Source: a virus
IMG/VR virus record: IMGVR_UViG_3300021142_000023
Coordinates: 1 to 64,000 of that record
DNA: 64,000 nt
Strand: one strand, 5' to 3'
The position numbers and the translations under genes are program-made. Numbering within the stretch: the stretch's first letter is position 1; each line of letters opens with the position of its first letter. The notes under the pieces were generated by a model. The model saw only the letters and a list, made by a program, of their open reading frames with translations, did no database searches and was not told the origin of the DNA. Shown piece after piece: positions 58,737-64,000 of the stretch.

Positions 58737-61424
58737 ATGTCAACATACATCAATACAGAAGATAGTAACGTATTAAATACGCAAGACAGTAATCAAATAG
58801 TTACTGAAAGCTCTACTTCTTCATCTCCTTCGACTTCAGCACCAACAGTTACCAGTATTAGTCCTACAAGCGGTTCTACAGCCGGTGGTACTATAGTTAC
58901 TATTAACGGTACTGGTTTTACAAATGCTCTTGGAGTATCTTTCGGTACTACAGCAGCTACTACTTTTACAGTTAATACTGATACATCTATTACTGCTACT
59001 TCTCCAGCTGGTGCAGCAGGGGTGGTTGATGTAACTGTAACAACGTCATTAGGTACAAGCACTACAAGTACAAATGATCAGTTTACATATGTTGCACCTA
59101 CCATACCTTTCTGTTCCCAACATGAAAATTTAGTTTCAACATATATCAATTCTGGCGGGTTTTCAGTAAAAAGTTCTTATATTGGTGCTTCTCCTAGTGT
59201 AATTTTTACGTATGCAACACCTGTATATGTAGATATTAATATTGCTACTGGTGCACAAACAACTACGATATTAAACTTATTCTCTATTTTTATACAATAT
59301 GGAGATGGAGTAGAAGAAGAAATTACACAAGTTACAGATAGTGTAATGCGTGGTTCGGATCACGTATACAAATGGCCTGGTGAGTTTGAAGTTAAAGTTT
59401 CGGTTATACCTAAGAACGGTTGCCCGCCTTCAATATTCCGTTCTTCAATAACAGTACAAAATTATACAACCGATTATTTACAATGGGATTATTCTCGTTG
59501 GCCAGAACTTACCCCACAGAACCTTTCTTTAGGTGGTTTATTTCATGGTTATCAGTCTAACCCGCCTGGTTCGTTCAACTCTCCTACACCTTTAACATTT
59601 TCATTCTCTGCTTCTAATCAATTAAGCGGCAACTTAGTATTTGACTTATACTCGCAGGGATCCTTATCTCAGCCTTGGGAAACAACCACTCCAGATAATA
59701 AATTTGCTCAGTTAAGACCACGCTGGAGATATACAGACTTAAACGGTAATTTTATTACTTCCCTAACCGCGACTAATATTACCCCGGTATATGCTATGCC
59801 AGATGGTATTGGTACTGTTCCTGGAAGTGGTACTTTAGTTGGTTATTACGGTTCAGTAGACTTTTATTATATAGACGATATACCCTCATTAGTATACAAT
59901 AACGGGTTTACGGTTACCACACCAAGAGTTTGGGTAACATATAATACAAGCAATATACCTAACTTACAGGATAATAATGATGGTAGTACGCCTTCTTATT
60001 CTAATAGTAATGTTACTTTATCTGCATTATTTTATGTAAAAAACTTATCTGCAGATCATTTTAACATAACTGTTGACGGTGATACAATACTGTTACCTAC
60101 CACTATTTGGCCAGATACAGACAATCAGTTTATAGTAACTGTTAATAGTGCATCTGCAAGTACAGTATACTATAATAACAATACACTACTTAATTATCCG
60201 CTTTTAGGAGCAACTTACACTAACGTTACAGCCACCGTAACACCCGCTTCTGCAGCAACCGTATATGTACCTTCTTTTAAGTTTAACAGATATGATAATC
60301 TAGGTAGAGATATAGGCGGTTTTTATAAAAACATTTTAAGTACATTACCACTCTCTGCTTTATCAAGTCCTATATTAAATACAAACCTGTTACTAAGTGC
60401 TAAGACATTTACAACTATAGTAGAACCTGCACCATACGGTTCTCCTGGTTACTACACAGTAGCTAATGCCCTTGCAAATGCTTCTTTAACTACAACTAGC
60501 TTGACTGGAGCGTTTAATTTTAATATTACAGATTTTTATAAAAAGTATTTTGTACGTAAAGTAAATGAAAACTTTAATTACGGTAATTTACTTAAGTCTT
60601 ATTTATTACAACCATTCCTACAGGAAGATACTAACTTAATTACGTATCTATCTGCGGTAGGTGGAGATAATGTACACCCTACAGAAAACTTCGGAACAGT
60701 AGCATATGAAAAAACTGCTAACTTTGTAGGTAATAACGCTGACCCTCTCACAAGTGGTGTTAATCAGTTATACTCTTTAGCAAGTCTAGTTGATACTGAG
60801 TTTGATGATTACAATCTAAATGCACCACCTGTACTCAAGAGACAGTTTGATCTTTATAGTACACCGCATGAGCGTTTATGGGGTACAAGAGAAAAATACA
60901 ATACAAACTTTGATGCTACTACAGATCATACGAATTTAGGAGCTGCCTTAACAGCTTATCCAGCTAACGCAACAGTTAATGCAGGAGACAAAATAGTTGT
61001 AAACGATATTTTTAATGCAACATTTTACGAACTTTTAGAAGTGCCTCGTATTAATTCTTACGCTAGTATATCTGCAAATAATATGCAGGCTTACTTCCCA
61101 CCAGCTAATACGTTAACATTCCCATTAACCTCTTATCCGCTAAGTTCGTTCTTTGGTTGGGGATTAAAGACTCCAGTTAATAGCTATTATCGGTTCTTTG
61201 TTTACAATAATGTTTATACAAACACCCCAGTAAATGCTCTTATTGATTGGAATACTCGTACAGATGGGTTATCAACTACTTTAGCCGAATCTGCTTCTTC
61301 TGTAAAAGCTTGGTACGCAGATGGTGGTATATTAGAAAATATATATAGCTATTATATTACACAGGGACTAAACTTGATAGGCAGTAAATATTATCAGTTA
61401 ACTGGTACTATACCTCAATCATGA
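58737..61424 (+). CDS. Large baseplate/virion structural protein with an N-terminal IPT/TIG (Ig-like) domain
   Basis: PTVTSISPTSGSTAGGT.VTI.GTGF..V.VTVTT..GTS; Ser/Thr-rich; follows gp6. Confidence 0.7.
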   Translation: MSTYINTEDSNVLNTQDSNQIVTESSTSSSPSTSAPTVTSISPTSGSTAGGTIVTINGTGFTNALGVSFGTTAATTFTVNTDTSITATSPAGAAGVVDVTVTTSLGTSTTSTNDQFTYVAPTIPFCSQHENLVSTYINSGGFSVKSSYIGASPSVIFTYATPVYVDINIATGAQTTTILNLFSIFIQYGDGVEEEITQVTDSVMRGSDHVYKWPGEFEVKVSVIPKNGCPPSIFRSSITVQNYTTDYLQWDYSRWPELTPQNLSLGGLFHGYQSNPPGSFNSPTPLTFSFSASNQLSGNLVFDLYSQGSLSQPWETTTPDNKFAQLRPRWRYTDLNGNFITSLTATNITPVYAMPDGIGTVPGSGTLVGYYGSVDFYYIDDIPSLVYNNGFTVTTPRVWVTYNTSNIPNLQDNNDGSTPSYSNSNVTLSALFYVKNLSADHFNITVDGDTILLPTTIWPDTDNQFIVTVNSASASTVYYNNNTLLNYPLLGATYTNVTATVTPASAATVYVPSFKFNRYDNLGRDIGGFYKNILSTLPLSALSSPILNTNLLLSAKTFTTIVEPAPYGSPGYYTVANALANASLTTTSLTGAFNFNITDFYKKYFVRKVNENFNYGNLLKSYLLQPFLQEDTNLITYLSAVGGDNVHPTENFGTVAYEKTANFVGNNADPLTSGVNQLYSLASLVDTEFDDYNLNAPPVLKRQFDLYSTPHERLWGTREKYNTNFDATTDHTNLGAALTAYPANATVNAGDKIVVNDIFNATFYELLEVPRINSYASISANNMQAYFPPANTLTFPLTSYPLSSFFGWGLKTPVNSYYRFFVYNNVYTNTPVNALIDWNTRTDGLSTTLAESASSVKAWYADGGILENIYSYYITQGLNLIGSKYYQLTGTIPQS

Positions 61425-63301
61425 TAAGCTTTAAAAATTATTTTAACGAAAGAATACTAGAGGAATCTACAGTAGATAGCACTCTTAAGAATCACTTATC
61501 ACATTTAGAAGACCTTGCTATTGAAGAAGGTAAAAGAGGTTTTGCTAAGTTTGTTGAACAGGTAGAAAACTTTACAACCTATTTAGAAGGCTTTAATAGT
61601 AAGACGTCCGTTAACTTAAAGGTAGATGGATCACCTGCTATATTCTGGGGCATTGATCCAAGAGAGCAGTTTGATAATCAATTCTTTATTGCTACCAAGA
61701 CAGTGTTTAGTAAAGTACCTAACTTGGTGCACAGCGAACAAGAAGTAGACCAGTTATATGCTCAAGCACCTCAAGGCTTAAAAGACGTACTTAAAACAAT
61801 ATTTCCTTATTTAAAGAAGGGCTATGACAACTCTGGTTTAATGTATCAAGGTGATTTATTATTTTCGCCTTCGAGACCACCAGAAGCAAAAACTATAGAA
61901 GGTAAACAATACATTACTTTCCGTCCTAACTTAATCTCTTACGCAATACCAGCTGATCCTCAATCACCTCTTTACCAACAAGTTTCAAAGGCACCCGTGG
62001 GTATTGTAGTACATGCTGCGTTTAATATTAATGCAAATGGAGATGCTATTACCTCGAGTATGGCTGGTAGAGATACCACTCGTGTTGTTAGTAGCTTAAA
62101 GAAAGCAGGGGTATTTGCAGAAGGTTCTAACTATAAGACTTTAAACTTAAACATTGATCCTACTTTAAAGAATACTATACACGGTTTATTACAAGATGCT
62201 AAAGTAAAGATCAGTAGTATTAATAATCAGTTTGATGCTGAATATACAGGCGGTGCTTTATCTACAAGCTTAAGAGAATATACTAACTTTATGGTAAGAA
62301 AGGGCGGCGGTATATTTAAAGCTGCTCTAAACGGTGAAGCATTCGATATTAACAAATACCTAAACGGTTTCGCTATATTTTATAAAGACAAAGTATTAAA
62401 GAAAGCAGCAGATGGTTCAGATAAAGTAAAGGCTAACGCTCAAAAGAAAGTAGATAACTTAATAGCTCATTTACAGCAAAACAAAAGCTCTCTTAACGGT
62501 TTAATAGGCGCCACATACGATATGATTCGTATTAAGTTATTATTCCAAAATCTATTAGCTAATGTAGAAGGTAAACTGAGTGGTATGTATTCATTTATAC
62601 CTGTAGGAGATAGTTATATATCTGCTCCAGGAGAAGGTCACGTACTATACATCGGAGACACCCCTAACCAAGTTAAGATAGTAGACCGGTTAAACTTTAG
62701 TGCTAATAACTTTTTATATGCAGGCGAACGTGGTAGAAAACCAGCAGATCAGCCTGTAACAGAAGATGCACCAGCTGTAGAACGTAGATATAGTATTGGG
62801 TTCTTTGGTGGTGGGTTTAACCCTCCACATATCGGACATTTCGAAGCAGCTAAAATGGCGGCTAAAGAAAACGATGATGTTTATATTATTGTTTCTAAAA
62901 CAGAAAGAGACAATGCTAACATTACCATTGATAAAAAACTAGCTGTATGGAATCTTTTTAAACCATTATTAGAACAATACAGAGCTAAAATAAACATTAT
63001 AGAAGCAGAAATATCTCCAGTAGCTACTGTATACCAATATGTAGCTACATTAAATGAATCTCCAGATGCTGGTCAAATCGAAGTTAAATTATACACAGAC
63101 GCCGACGATGCCGGTCGTTATGATAGGATCAAGACATATGGAGAACATCTTGCAGGTATAGACATCAGACCAACACCTCGTATGGGCTCTGGTACTGAGT
63201 TCAGAACATATCTACAGAACGGAGACATGCGTAGAGCGTGGGAGCTAATGCCCCAAGGTGTAGATAAAAATATGATTTGGAATATATTAACGGCTCAATA
63301 A
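61421..63301 (+). CDS. DUF6267-like (ligase-type KxDG) domain fused to a HIGH-motif nucleotidyltransferase
   Basis: HLSHLED, LKVDGSP, YQGDLLF, GEG.V, VKIVDR.NFS; C-terminal GGFNPPHIGH..SGT..R. Confidence 0.75.
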   Translation: MISFKNYFNERILEESTVDSTLKNHLSHLEDLAIEEGKRGFAKFVEQVENFTTYLEGFNSKTSVNLKVDGSPAIFWGIDPREQFDNQFFIATKTVFSKVPNLVHSEQEVDQLYAQAPQGLKDVLKTIFPYLKKGYDNSGLMYQGDLLFSPSRPPEAKTIEGKQYITFRPNLISYAIPADPQSPLYQQVSKAPVGIVVHAAFNINANGDAITSSMAGRDTTRVVSSLKKAGVFAEGSNYKTLNLNIDPTLKNTIHGLLQDAKVKISSINNQFDAEYTGGALSTSLREYTNFMVRKGGGIFKAALNGEAFDINKYLNGFAIFYKDKVLKKAADGSDKVKANAQKKVDNLIAHLQQNKSSLNGLIGATYDMIRIKLLFQNLLANVEGKLSGMYSFIPVGDSYISAPGEGHVLYIGDTPNQVKIVDRLNFSANNFLYAGERGRKPADQPVTEDAPAVERRYSIGFFGGGFNPPHIGHFEAAKMAAKENDDVYIIVSKTERDNANITIDKKLAVWNLFKPLLEQYRAKINIIEAEISPVATVYQYVATLNESPDAGQIEVKLYTDADDAGRYDRIKTYGEHLAGIDIRPTPRMGSGTEFRTYLQNGDMRRAWELMPQGVDKNMIWNILTAQ

Positions 63302-63741
63302 GAGCATTCGTTAATAAACTCTTTCAAACGCTGTACAGCTTCTAGGGCCATTGGAGCAGCTTCATGTCCAGAAGCACACCAACCATTACAACACTCTTCT
63401 GCTAATTGCATACACTCTTTTAATTTAGCAACATGATCTGTTGTTTCACCTAAACTGTCTCCGCCTTGTGAGCCAGCATAACCAGGTTGAGATTCAATGT
63501 TGCCAGCTACACCACCATCTATACCGTCAGTGTTTTCAGGTACTGCTGGTTGTACGTAATCTTTCATACATTCTTTTCTTAATGTACCGTCTTCTTCAAA
63601 ACAATACACCTTAGGATGATTAAGATTTTCATCCCAATGTTCAGGGTTAATTTGTTCTTTTTTAATTTCCTGAAAGTAACTCTCAGTTAGTACTTGATAC
63701 TTGTCTACTAAATTACTTTTTGTATAGTTGTACTTTTTCAT
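63295..63741 (-). CDS. Putative internal head protein
   Basis: MKKY..YQVLTE N-terminus; multiple L-x-E sites. Confidence 0.5.
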   Translation of the reverse strand: MKKYNYTKSNLVDKYQVLTESYFQEIKKEQINPEHWDENLNHPKVYCFEEDGTLRKECMKDYVQPAVPENTDGIDGGVAGNIESQPGYAGSQGGDSLGETTDHVAKLKECMQLAEECCNGWCASGHEAAPMALEAVQRLKEFINECSY

Positions 63742-63746
63742 AAAAA

Positions 63747-64000
63747 TTATCCTTGTTGACCAGTCATTGTTTCTGTACGGTCAATATCTTCTCCAGCACC
63801 ATCTGATGGTTCATAGCTTGCTTCATCCTTTACTGGCTCCATTTCTGGACTATCAACTTCTTCTTTTAATTTAGCTAACACATCTTGTAGCATGTCAGCT
63901 GATTGAGTTACATGAGTAACCATCCAAGCCATAATAGGATGCTCTGCAGGAATCTTTTCTAAAAGTTCGTGTAGCTCTGCAGCTACTTCAGCTGCTTGAC
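63747..64000 (-). CDS. Partial hypothetical protein, truncated at the right edge
   Basis: Frame is open from the window end to the stop at 63747. Confidence 0.6.
   Translation of the reverse strand, partial: QAAEVAAELHELLEKIPAEHPIMAWMVTHVTQSADMLQDVLAKLKEEVDSPEMEPVKDEASYEPSDGAGEDIDRTETMTGQQG

Overview
A 64 kb AT-rich segment of a large T4-like (myovirus) phage genome, read in the standard genetic code, with T4 core genes in a heavily shuffled order. Replication and recombination genes: gp43, gp46/47, gp55, uvsW/Y, gp61, gp44/62, a DinG-like helicase, nrdAB and dut. Morphogenesis genes: gp4, gp13, gp15, gp16, gp20-23, gp25, gp6 and tail fibres. Auxiliary genes: phoH, Hsp20 and GroES. The main candidate new system is a dispersed 7-deazaguanine DNA-modification pathway. 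It consists of a TGT/DpdA-like gene coupled to the DNA polymerase, queD, queE, queC, a stand-alone class II glutamine amidotransferase, a P-loop kinase and a DUF366 ligase-fold protein, together with about 11 glycosyltransferase-like genes, seven of them inserted into the gp43-gp46-gp47 block. A second candidate is a set of about 9 proteins with T4 capsid-targeting-like N-termini, including apparent protease-cleavable polyproteins and a ligase-like/nucleotidyltransferase fusion. Reading the intergenic DNA shows two promoter classes close to start codons without Shine-Dalgarno sites: TTGAWT-N16-TAnnnT (13 cases) and late TAA(A/G)TA. It also shows a promoter-driven non-coding hairpin locus (possible origin), an internally deleted fibre gene and an alpha-helical unimolecular-spanin-like lipoprotein. 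No tRNA, rRNA or CRISPR array was seen. All protein calls come from motif recognition by eye; no database searches were run.
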